NCBI GenBank assembly: GCA_900752215.1
Contig: CAADUO010000042.1
Coordinates: forward strand, 486-64,485
Direction: 5' to 3'
DNA: 64,000 nucleotides
From: an uncultured Collinsella sp.
GTDB lineage: Bacteria; Actinomycetota; Coriobacteriia; Coriobacteriales; Coriobacteriaceae
Shown here: piece by piece, positions 39,959-48,860 of the stretch
How positions within the stretch are numbered: position 1 is the stretch's first letter
Layout of the letters: each line of letters begins with the position of its first letter
Translations under genes and position numbers: made by a program
The notes under the pieces: generated by a model
What the model saw: the letters and a program-made list of their open reading frames with translations, nothing else
The model's database searches: none
Told to the model about the DNA's origin: nothing

Positions 39959-41389
39959 ATGGCATCGAAGAACCTTTTGCCCGTCGTCGCACTTTGCGGC
40001 GCGCTCGCAACCGGAACGCCTGTCGCCGCTTGGGCGACTCCCGTCATGGCAGACTCCTTACCAGCAGCCCTAAGTTCCGCCCCAAATCCGTCGAGTACCA
40101 TTGCGTGCGAGCGTTTTTCGATCGCACAGGCCGCGGTCTCAACCTCGGGATGCCTTCGTCGTGATACGGACGGCTCGATAGTCGTGGATATCAAGCGTTC
40201 GAACAAGGCAAACGGCTCCCAGGCGGGGTGCACCGTCTGCACGTGGCGCTCGGTTGTGCTCGATGCGGATGGCGATCCATGCAATTTAGAGCTGCGCATC
40301 GACATCGCTTCGGTCGATGACTCGGCGAACGGAGCGAAGGTCGCCTTCGACGGTACGTTTTTTGAGAAAGGAGGCGGTATATGTCTGGGCTGCGCCGCCG
40401 CGAATGCAGATGATGCGCAGCCCACCCTCTCATTCACGGCATCGTTGCGGCTGACCAAAGCCGGTACCGATGCCATCGCGGCGGGAGAAGCGTCCCTGCT
40501 GTTCTACGCCGTCAGCACCAAAGACACAGACGCTCATTTCGAGAAGCCAGCCGGATCACTCAGCCTTACACGAGGGATAGAGGCAGGCCCTATTGAAATC
40601 GATGCCCACGCGCAAAGCAGGCAACGCATTCTTGCCGACCCGGCGCTTCTCGAAATGGAGTGGAACGGATCAGGAGCCATCGGAATTCTCCCCTCCGCGC
40701 TTGACGCCAAGACGCTCCCCTCAAACGACGAACCCATCAATGCAACCATACAAGAAGAGAGCGCGGACAAAGAAGCAGGTGCGGGCGACACGCCGTCGCC
40801 GACAAACAGCGTCCCAGCTTCTTTCGAAGCATCGAATGAGCCCGCTGCCGTTCCAAACGACCCCGAGCTCGCGGACAGCCTGGGGCTTGCTGATCCTCAA
40901 GAAATTGATGAGGGTAACTGCTGCGTGCTTGCCGCGCTCGACCACACAGAGGTCATCGACGCTGCGAACATCGAAGTTGCCGCCGCCAATCAGCCCGTCC
41001 GCAAGTCGGCCATCATCGCATTTCCCGAATCCATCGAAGTCGTCTTTTTGCCATCGGGCGAGGTCGTGGCCCCAACACTGCTCACCTTGTTGGGCGCCAA
41101 GAATACTCGAAACGAAATTAAAAAGGTCACGGTTGTCGACCCTGTAACCACCGCTAAACTGCGTCTATACGCCGTTGCCCCAGACGGAGGCAAGACCTTG
41201 GAATTCGATGGCGACACACTCCTAGCCTGGCGACGTCTGGACATTATGCAAGACGTCTCGTATCAGATCGAACTCGTAGGGTTTGATCGTGCCCGCGATG
41301 CCAATATCATCGCCGCGGCTATTGAATCCCCACAGCGGCTTATGACGTTGCGCTTTGACTACTATCCCTATGTCCCGACAACCACCTGA
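39959..41389 (+). CDS. Large secreted hypothetical protein
   Basis: SD AAGGAG, signal peptide (AWA), Cys pairs, acidic Pro/Ala linker; 476 aa. Confidence 0.7.
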   Translation: MASKNLLPVVALCGALATGTPVAAWATPVMADSLPAALSSAPNPSSTIACERFSIAQAAVSTSGCLRRDTDGSIVVDIKRSNKANGSQAGCTVCTWRSVVLDADGDPCNLELRIDIASVDDSANGAKVAFDGTFFEKGGGICLGCAAANADDAQPTLSFTASLRLTKAGTDAIAAGEASLLFYAVSTKDTDAHFEKPAGSLSLTRGIEAGPIEIDAHAQSRQRILADPALLEMEWNGSGAIGILPSALDAKTLPSNDEPINATIQEESADKEAGAGDTPSPTNSVPASFEASNEPAAVPNDPELADSLGLADPQEIDEGNCCVLAALDHTEVIDAANIEVAAANQPVRKSAIIAFPESIEVVFLPSGEVVAPTLLTLLGAKNTRNEIKKVTVVDPVTTAKLRLYAVAPDGGKTLEFDGDTLLAWRRLDIMQDVSYQIELVGFDRARDANIIAAAIESPQRLMTLRFDYYPYVPTTT

Positions 41390-41507
41390 GGCTTAAATGC
41401 TGCGCACCATTCCTAATACCACTTATATAACGTATTAGATGAGTCGCGATGTGCCTCGCATTTCGTTCTGCTACGATTGCCACGTTGGCATCAATACAGG
41501 AGGGCTC

Positions 41508-42224
41508 ATGCCGGGCTTGGGAACAATCATCAACGTTGTGCTTTTAGTTGCGGGCGGTCTTTTGGGATTAGCGGGCGGCCGCTTCATTACACCGCGCATT
41601 CAAGACACGCTCATGAAAGCATCGGGGCTGTGCGTCCTGTTTATCGGCCTTGGCGGCACCATGCAAAAGATGCTCCTTATCGATGGGAAGGCGCTGGCGA
41701 CCACTGGTACCACCATGCTCATTGTCTCGTTCGCCCTCGGCTCGCTCATCGGCGAGGCCATCAACTTGGAGGCCGCCATTGAGAACCTTGGCGAATGGCT
41801 CAAGCGCAAAACCGGCAGCGAGGGCGATAACGAGTTCACCAACGCTTTTGTCTCGACTTCACTCACCGTGTGTATCGGCGCCATGGCCATTGTGGGATCG
41901 ATCCAGGACGGCCTGCTCGGCGACTGGTCCACGCTTGCCCTCAAGGGCGCGCTGGACTGCATCATCGTCTGCACCATGACGGCGTCGCTTGGCCGCGGCT
42001 GCATTTTCTCCGCCCTGCCCGTCGCTGTGTTCCAGGGGACAATCACGCTGTTTGCCGGCGCACTCTCCCCCATCATGACTACGGCAGCCCTCGACAGCCT
42101 TTCGCTTGTGGGCTCCATGCTCATCTTCTGTGTTGGCGTTAACCTTATTCGACCTCAGACCTTCCGCACGGCCAACATGCTCCCCTCCGTCGTCGTGGCG
42201 GTCATCTACGCCCTCTTGTTCTAA
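41508..42224 (+). CDS. DUF554 family membrane protein
   Basis: GTIIN, GSLIGE, CIGAMAIVGSIQDG, K..LD, SLGRG..FSA, ANMLPS; ATG 41508 after GGAGG. Confidence 0.88.
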   Translation: MPGLGTIINVVLLVAGGLLGLAGGRFITPRIQDTLMKASGLCVLFIGLGGTMQKMLLIDGKALATTGTTMLIVSFALGSLIGEAINLEAAIENLGEWLKRKTGSEGDNEFTNAFVSTSLTVCIGAMAIVGSIQDGLLGDWSTLALKGALDCIIVCTMTASLGRGCIFSALPVAVFQGTITLFAGALSPIMTTAALDSLSLVGSMLIFCVGVNLIRPQTFRTANMLPSVVVAVIYALLF

Positions 42225-42245
42225 ATCTATCTACACAGCGGTATC

Positions 42246-42275
42246 TCGAACATCTGTTTGATGCTGTGCTATGAT
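42246..42275 (+). promoter_or_regulatory. LexA/SOS-type box upstream of an extended -10 promoter
   Basis: TCGAACATCTGTTTGA (42246-42261) vs consensus TCGAAC-N4-GTTCGA, one mismatch; TGcTATGAT at 42267-42275. Confidence 0.7.
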
Positions 42276-42312
42276 ATGAGGTCACCGAAGCTGCGTTAGG
42301 AGAGGAGAAGCG

Positions 42313-44073
42313 GTGGCCGACCAGGACATCAAGATGCTCATCGAGCGCATTATGGCCGAGGCCCGGACCCATCAGTCCGCTCGCTTCTCACATGAGGTCT
42401 ACGCAGACGAGCCGATTCTCAAGACCGGCCGACAGATGCAGAACTTCCTCCCCGACCAGTACCGCAAGATGCGTGAGATATCGCGTTGGCAAGAAGACCC
42501 CAAGGGCGGCGCGGGCCGTTGGCTTTCGGAAGCCGAGCTTTTCTACCGCCAAGGCCTGCTGATGGCCGACTTTGAGGACGACTGCCCCTACAACGGCACC
42601 TTTAAGTCGTACTTTCCCACCTACAACGCCATGAGCGACCGGCAGTTGCGCGGCTACTTTACCTGGCGTGCCCAAGTGCGCCGCGGAACCGTCGAGGAAA
42701 CGTCTACGTCCTTCGCCTTTCTGTATCTCTATGAGCTGATTTGCGGCATTGGCGTAGATGACCCGCTCGATGGTTTTAACAAGATCAAGGCCTTTTGGGA
42801 TGCCTACCGCGCCTTCGAGCCCGACATCGACCGGTTTGCACGCGTGTGGTTGCAGGACTACGCCGTGTTCCACGGGCTTGACCCCAAGCTGCTTCGTGAT
42901 TCTAAAACCGTCATGTTCGATAACGCCCTTATCGAGCTGCGGCGCGCGGCACGAGACCTTGTACCAGCACCGGCGCCGTCCGGCCAGACCCCCAAGCGTC
43001 GCAAAACCTCCGAGCCCACGCTCCCCCTTCCGCCCGATGAGGTGCACGAGGAGCGACTCATGGCCGCCATCAACGCCCTCTCCGCGTACAACCTAAGTAA
43101 CTCGCGGCTCGACCGCAGCTACCACCGCGATCTGCGCCACGTGGCATGCGCCGTGTATGTCCGTATGGCGCGCTACTATGACACGCACCGAAAGACCGGT
43201 ATCGTGGCGAGCTTGTTTGGGGAGGAGACGGCCATGCCCTATACCATGTTTGCCTCGGCCGTGTTCTTTGCGCCCAATCGACACGAAGACTGCGAATACC
43301 GCTTGGACCCCATCCATATCTACCGTTGCCAAAACGGTTTTTGGGAATGCATGCGGATTCACGGCAGCAGGCAAAAGAGCAGCAAGCTTGGTGAGATAAT
43401 GCGCGCCTGCGACCAACGCCTCCGTCTGGCCCTGGACCCCGCCCACCCCCTGAAGGAAGAGAAGGTCCCCAAATATCTGGCCAAGATTATCGATGGCGAA
43501 ATCGTGGCATGGCTTTCATGGGATGCCGCACATCAGCCCGTCAAGATCGATATCGACCTGAGCCAGCTGGGGCACATTCGGAGCGCCGCCGCGCAAACGC
43601 GTGAGGCGCTTTTGATCGATGAAGAGCGCGAGGACGATGCGCTCGCAGAGGTCGATACGGTGGGCTCCGAGCAGCCGAAAGCCGAGCGCGCAGGAGACAC
43701 GTTTGTCGAGCCGGTCGCGACGGCCGCAAGGCAGGACGAGGCCGACGAGCCAACCATTTCCACCGAACAGTTTGGCGTCGTGGCGCCGCTTCTCGTGCCG
43801 ACGCCCCCGCTCGCAGCGGCTGCGCCCACTGACGCCGCAACCGAACTCGCGCCTGCCGCAACCGCGTACCTGCGCGCGCTCCTCGAGCAAAACGCAGCAC
43901 AAGCGGCATCGGCAGTGGCGCGCTCAGGCCAGAGCGAGGATATGCTCGTCGACAGCATCAACGAGGCACTCTTTGACCTGGTGGGTGACACCGTTATCGA
44001 GTTCGGAACGGCAGGACCGCAGATTATCGAAGATTACGAAGCCGACGTGAGAGGATACCTAGACCATGAGTGA
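42313..44073 (+). CDS. TerB-N/TerB-C domain protein (Shango SngA-like)
   Basis: SYFPTY..M...QLRGYF.WR, FLYLYELI (TerB-N); IDLSQL..IR....TRE.L and VDSINEALFDLVGDTVIE (TerB-C). Confidence 0.85.
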   Translation: MADQDIKMLIERIMAEARTHQSARFSHEVYADEPILKTGRQMQNFLPDQYRKMREISRWQEDPKGGAGRWLSEAELFYRQGLLMADFEDDCPYNGTFKSYFPTYNAMSDRQLRGYFTWRAQVRRGTVEETSTSFAFLYLYELICGIGVDDPLDGFNKIKAFWDAYRAFEPDIDRFARVWLQDYAVFHGLDPKLLRDSKTVMFDNALIELRRAARDLVPAPAPSGQTPKRRKTSEPTLPLPPDEVHEERLMAAINALSAYNLSNSRLDRSYHRDLRHVACAVYVRMARYYDTHRKTGIVASLFGEETAMPYTMFASAVFFAPNRHEDCEYRLDPIHIYRCQNGFWECMRIHGSRQKSSKLGEIMRACDQRLRLALDPAHPLKEEKVPKYLAKIIDGEIVAWLSWDAAHQPVKIDIDLSQLGHIRSAAAQTREALLIDEEREDDALAEVDTVGSEQPKAERAGDTFVEPVATAARQDEADEPTISTEQFGVVAPLLVPTPPLAAAAPTDAATELAPAATAYLRALLEQNAAQAASAVARSGQSEDMLVDSINEALFDLVGDTVIEFGTAGPQIIEDYEADVRGYLDHE

Positions 44074-45370
44074 TACCGCATCCGCAGCGCCCCGCGTACC
44101 CAAACGCGTCGCCGCCGTTATCCTAAACTCGCTCAAGGGCGGCGTGGTCCCGCGCATCGGCCTTCCCTATATCACCGTGGGGCGCGAGGTCGAGATTCGC
44201 GCCCTGCTCACCGATTTGAGTCTCATCGCCGATGGCGGCGCGAGCTTCCGCTTTTTAGTCGGTCGCTACGGCGCCGGTAAGAGCTTCTTACTTCAGACCA
44301 TCCGCACGCACGCCATGGGCGAGGGATTCGTCGTCGCTGATGCCGACTTGTCGCCCGAGCGACGCCTGCAGGGCGGTCAGGGGCAGGGCCTTGCCACCTA
44401 CCGCGAGCTCATCCGCAATATATCGACCAAGACGCGCCCCGAGGGCGGTGCGCTCAACCTTATTCTGGATCGCTGGGTCGCCTCGTGTGCCGATGCCGAC
44501 GAGTCTGCCGTCAATGCCCAATTGGCCCCGCTCGAGGAAATGGTCCACGGCTTCGACTTCGCCCGCATGCTCCGCCGCTACCGCGCGGCCGTATCCGAGG
44601 GCGACGAAGAGGCCATGAGCCGCGTGACCAAATGGATCCGCGGCGAATACCGCACCAAGAGCGAGGCTCGCGCCGAACTGGGCTCCTCAACCATCATCAG
44701 CGATGACGACTGGTACGACTACGTCAAACTCATCGCGCGTTTTTTGGTTTGCAGCGGCTACAAGGGCATGCTGGTGCTCATCGACGAACTCGTGAATCTG
44801 TACAAGATTCCCAACGCCATCACACGCCAATACAACTACGAGAAAATCCTGACCATGTACAACGACACGCTCCAGGGCAAGGCACAGTACCTGGGCATGA
44901 TCATGGGCGGCACGCCAACCTCCATCGAAGACCGGCGCCGCGGCGTGTTCTCCTACGAGGCCCTGCGCAGCCGACTCGCTCAGGGCCGCTTTGCGCGCGA
45001 GGACCTTAAAGATATGCTCGCGCCCATCATCCGCCTGCAACCACTCACCTACGAGGAGTTGCTGGTGCTGATCGAAAAACTCATGCAAATTCACGCCGGC
45101 TACTTTGGCTGGACGCCCACGCTTACCGAGAACGACTTGGTGGACTTCCTCAAGATCGAGTTCGGTCGCGTGGGAGCCGACACGCATTTGACGCCGCGTG
45201 AAGTCATTCGCGACTTTATCGAGCTGCTCGACATCCTATGCCAAAACCCCGATGCCAACGTGGCCGAGTTACTGCAAAGCGTCGGCGGCGACGCGCTGGC
45301 GCCGACAACCGCAACAGGCGACACCGACACCGCAGGCGGCGACCGTAACTTCGCCGAATTCACCATCTAA
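44066..45370 (+). CDS. DUF2791/BrxD-like P-loop ATPase (Shango SngB-like)
   Basis: SLKGGVVPRIGL, GRYGAGKSF, LIDELVN, YEALRSRL, TPREVIRDF. Confidence 0.88.
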   Translation: MSDTASAAPRVPKRVAAVILNSLKGGVVPRIGLPYITVGREVEIRALLTDLSLIADGGASFRFLVGRYGAGKSFLLQTIRTHAMGEGFVVADADLSPERRLQGGQGQGLATYRELIRNISTKTRPEGGALNLILDRWVASCADADESAVNAQLAPLEEMVHGFDFARMLRRYRAAVSEGDEEAMSRVTKWIRGEYRTKSEARAELGSSTIISDDDWYDYVKLIARFLVCSGYKGMLVLIDELVNLYKIPNAITRQYNYEKILTMYNDTLQGKAQYLGMIMGGTPTSIEDRRRGVFSYEALRSRLAQGRFAREDLKDMLAPIIRLQPLTYEELLVLIEKLMQIHAGYFGWTPTLTENDLVDFLKIEFGRVGADTHLTPREVIRDFIELLDILCQNPDANVAELLQSVGGDALAPTTATGDTDTAGGDRNFAEFTI

Positions 45371-45405
45371 CCTGCCAAAAAGGGACAGGTTTATTTTGGC
45401 AGGTT
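45369..45405. repeat. Hairpin with GGGACAG loop (REP-like family)
   Basis: AACCTGCCAAAA-AGGGACAGGTTTA-TTTTGGCAGGTT. Confidence 0.65.
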
Positions 45406-45486
45406 TTATCTGGGCAAACGTTGAGGCAGTCATGCAGCAAGCCACTGCCCACCGCGTTGAGAGATTCGCTTTTGAAAGGAGGTCCC

Positions 45487-47934
45487 GTGAACGCCTTTGA
45501 CCGCTACGCCCCGTTTATCCAAGACTTCATCTACTCCCACGATTGGGAGAGTCTGCGCTCCATTCAGGTTGCGGCGTCAGATGCCATCTTTAACACACAA
45601 GACAATGTGCTCCTAACGGCATCCACAGCTTCCGGCAAAACCGAGGCAGCCTTCTTTCCCATCCTGACCGAGTTTTGGGAGAACCCGCCCGCAAGCGTTG
45701 GCGCCCTCTACATCGGCCCCCTCAAGGCACTCATCAATGATCAGTTCGTCCGTCTCAATGACCTGTGCGAAGAAGCCGACATCCCCGTCTGGCACTGGCA
45801 TGGCGATGTCTCGCAATCGCACAAGGCTAAGCTCATCAAAAAACCGAGCGGCATCTTGCAGATTACGCCCGAGTCGCTCGAGGCACTCCTGATCCATAAG
45901 CATATGGCGATCCCGCGCATGTTCTGTGACCTGCGCTACGTGGTCATTGACGAGGTCCATTCGCTCATGCGCGGCGACCGTGGCGGGCAGACGCTCTGCC
46001 TTATCGAACGACTCTCGCGCATGGCCGGCGTGCAGCCTCGCCGCATTGGCCTTTCGGCCACCATCGGCGACCCCGAGCGCACGGGCGCTTTTCTCTCACA
46101 GGGAACGGGGCGCGACTGCGTTATCCCCCGCTTTGAAGAACCGCGCCGCGTGTGGCGTATCTCCATGGAACACTTCTACAACTCGGGTCCCCAGGCACAG
46201 CAGCGAGGATTCGAGAGCATGGGTCCTCAAGAGGCCGAAGTGCTTGCATGCGAGCGCATTGAGGCAACGGCATCCGCGGCGCTGCCCGCATCCGGACAAG
46301 ACATGCGCCACAGTGGACAGCTCACACAGGAGGAGCGCCGTCAACGTCGTGAGCGGGCACGGGGCGAGGCCGCTCCCAGAGACCGTCGCACTTCCTCGGC
46401 CCCCGAGGGCGAAGTCGACATCCCACGAGCGACCGAGCAGGCGCTTCTCAACCCCACCGACACGGCGCCCGACAACGCCGACCCCGGTATGGGCTATATC
46501 TTTGAGCATACGCGCGGCCGCAAGTGCCTGGTCTTTGCCAACTCGCGCGAGGAAGCAGAGGCCGTGTGCTCCATGCTGCGCAGCTACTGCGAGAGCCGGC
46601 ACGAGCCCGACCGCTTCCTCATCCATCACGGCAATCTTTCGGCATCGTTACGCGAGACGGCAGAAGAGCTTATGCGCGACGAGGAACAGGCACAGACGAC
46701 CGTCACCACCTCTACGCTTGAGCTTGGCATCGATATCGGCCGTCTGGAGCGTGCCTTCCAGATCGACGCGCCGTTTACCGTCAGCTCCTTTTTGCAGCGA
46801 ATGGGCCGCACGGGACGCCGCGATCTTCCACCCGAGATGTGGTTCGTCATGCGCGAGGAAGAGTCCGAGCCGCGCACGATGATGCCCGAGACCATTCCGT
46901 GGAAGCTCCTGCAGGGCATCGCGCTCGTACAACTCTATCGCGAAGAAAAGTGGGTCGAGCCGCCCGAGCTCGATCGACTCCCCTACAGTCTGCTCTATCA
47001 CCAGACCATGTCGACCCTCGCCAGCACCGGAGAGCTCACGCCAGCAGAACTTGCCCAGCGCGTGCTCACGCTCAGCTATTTCCATCGCATCTCGGCCGAT
47101 GACTATCGCGTGCTGCTGCGTCACCTCATTAAGATCGACCATATCCAGGTCACCGAGGGCGGCGGGCTCATCGTGGGCCTCGCGGGCGAGCGCATCATTA
47201 ACAACTTTAAGTTCTACGCCGTGTTCCAGGAAAACGAGGAGTTCACCGTCCGCAGCGAGTCGGCCGAGTTGGGCACGATTGTCAATCCGCCACCGCCCGG
47301 TGAGCGCATCGCCATCGCCGGACACTGCTGGATTGTCGAGGAAGTGGACTGGAAGCGTCATACCGTCTTTGCCACGCAGGTCAAAGGTCGTGTGCCGGCT
47401 TACTTTGGTGACTGCCCCGGTGACATCAATACACACGTACTCGAACGCATGCGCAAGGCGCTCAACGAGCACGCGGCATATCCGTACCTTATGGGTAATG
47501 CACGGGCCCGCCTGGCGCAGGCTCGCCATACGGCCGAGATTTCGGGTGCGGGAACTAAGCCGCTCATTAACCTGGGCGGCGACACCTGGGTGCTCTTCCC
47601 CTGGCTGGGCAGCTACGCCTTTTTGGCACTCGAGCGCATGCTCAAGATTAAGTGTGCCGCGGAGCTGGGCCTTCGCGGACTCGACCCGTCACGACCGTAC
47701 TTTATGCAGTTTAAGATGAAGGCCGACGAGGAGACGTTCTTTGAGGTGCTCGCCGCCGAGGCCGAGAAGGACTTCGACCCCATCGAGCTCGTCTATCCCG
47801 GCGAGGTGCCTTATTTTGATCGCTACGACGAGTACGTTCCCGAGGAGCTCGTGCGCAAAGGCTTCGCCGAAGGCGTGCTCGACATAGAGGGCATGAAGCA
47901 GCGCGTCCTCAGCTGGCGCATGATCAAAAAGTAG
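45487..47934 (+). CDS. Lhr-like DEAD/DEAH helicase (Shango SngC-like)
   Basis: TASGKTEAAF, PLKALINDQ, TPESLE, DEVH, SAT, HHGNLS, TSTLELGIDIG, QRMGRTGR; GTG 45487 after AAAGGAGG. Confidence 0.9.
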   Translation: MNAFDRYAPFIQDFIYSHDWESLRSIQVAASDAIFNTQDNVLLTASTASGKTEAAFFPILTEFWENPPASVGALYIGPLKALINDQFVRLNDLCEEADIPVWHWHGDVSQSHKAKLIKKPSGILQITPESLEALLIHKHMAIPRMFCDLRYVVIDEVHSLMRGDRGGQTLCLIERLSRMAGVQPRRIGLSATIGDPERTGAFLSQGTGRDCVIPRFEEPRRVWRISMEHFYNSGPQAQQRGFESMGPQEAEVLACERIEATASAALPASGQDMRHSGQLTQEERRQRRERARGEAAPRDRRTSSAPEGEVDIPRATEQALLNPTDTAPDNADPGMGYIFEHTRGRKCLVFANSREEAEAVCSMLRSYCESRHEPDRFLIHHGNLSASLRETAEELMRDEEQAQTTVTTSTLELGIDIGRLERAFQIDAPFTVSSFLQRMGRTGRRDLPPEMWFVMREEESEPRTMMPETIPWKLLQGIALVQLYREEKWVEPPELDRLPYSLLYHQTMSTLASTGELTPAELAQRVLTLSYFHRISADDYRVLLRHLIKIDHIQVTEGGGLIVGLAGERIINNFKFYAVFQENEEFTVRSESAELGTIVNPPPPGERIAIAGHCWIVEEVDWKRHTVFATQVKGRVPAYFGDCPGDINTHVLERMRKALNEHAAYPYLMGNARARLAQARHTAEISGAGTKPLINLGGDTWVLFPWLGSYAFLALERMLKIKCAAELGLRGLDPSRPYFMQFKMKADEETFFEVLAAEAEKDFDPIELVYPGEVPYFDRYDEYVPEELVRKGFAEGVLDIEGMKQRVLSWRMIKK

Positions 47935-47984
47935 TTAAAAAGCCCCGTCCAAAAAGACTGATGGAAAGGCCCGCCACGAGTAGG

Positions 47985-48860
47985 CTAGTCGTGGCGGGCA
48001 GTGCCGAGGAAGCCGGCATCGAAGGGCACGGCTTCGGCAAAGGCATAGTCGCCGTCGCTGGCGATGAGCAGGTAGTTCTCCTCGCCACCGAACTCCGCAT
48101 CGCCACATGGGACCACCCAAGCATGGGCAAACACCTCGAGTGCCGTGGCAGCGCAGTCGCGCAGGAACGTCACATCGCTCCCCTCGTTTGCGCTCACGAT
48201 ATTGGCCACGTAGATACCCCCGGGGTTCAGGCTGCCTCGCACCAGGCGCAGCGCCTCAACGGTCGACAGCTCGCGTACGGGCTCGGCACCGCCAAAGCAA
48301 TCGCTCACGACCACGTCGTAGCGACGATGGCCCACGCTCGTCACGCCCAGATATGAGCGAGCCTCGGCGGTAATCACCCGCAGGCGATCGCCCGCCGCGT
48401 GCTCCAGCTCGTCTAGGTAGAACCAGCGGCGCGCCAGGCGCGTAATCTCTCCGTCATACTCGATGACATCCATGCGCAAGCCCTCGTGCGACATCAGAGC
48501 GAACTTAGGATAGGCAAACCCGCCGCCGCCCAGCATAAGCATACGGTCGATGCCGTGGCCATAAGCGTCGCGCATCGCATCCTCGGACTCAAACACGTCG
48601 TCAAACGCACGATAGTACACAAAGACGGGCTCTGCCCAACGCTCGCCAACGTAGCTTGCGCTTTGGTAGACGCCGCCTTGCACCAACACGCGAATCTCAT
48701 CGCCGCCCTCATCGTGCACGCGTTTCACACGCGCCAACCCATTGCGGGTTCGCGCAACCTGCAGACAGGCAGCACGAACAGCGACGGCGGCCGCACCAAG
48801 CGCCGCGGCTCCCAGAGCAACGCCGGCAACGACGCCGGCAGAAACACTCGGCTTGTTCAT
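47985..48860 (-). CDS. Spermidine-synthase-like SAM-dependent transferase
   Basis: QS, LMLGGGGFAYP, DVIEYD, A...F.L, YDVVVSD.F, LNPGGIYVANI; ATG abuts the elp3 stop. Confidence 0.8.
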   Translation of the reverse strand: MNKPSVSAGVVAGVALGAAALGAAAVAVRAACLQVARTRNGLARVKRVHDEGGDEIRVLVQGGVYQSASYVGERWAEPVFVYYRAFDDVFESEDAMRDAYGHGIDRMLMLGGGGFAYPKFALMSHEGLRMDVIEYDGEITRLARRWFYLDELEHAAGDRLRVITAEARSYLGVTSVGHRRYDVVVSDCFGGAEPVRELSTVEALRLVRGSLNPGGIYVANIVSANEGSDVTFLRDCAATALEVFAHAWVVPCGDAEFGGEENYLLIASDGDYAFAEAVPFDAGFLGTARHD

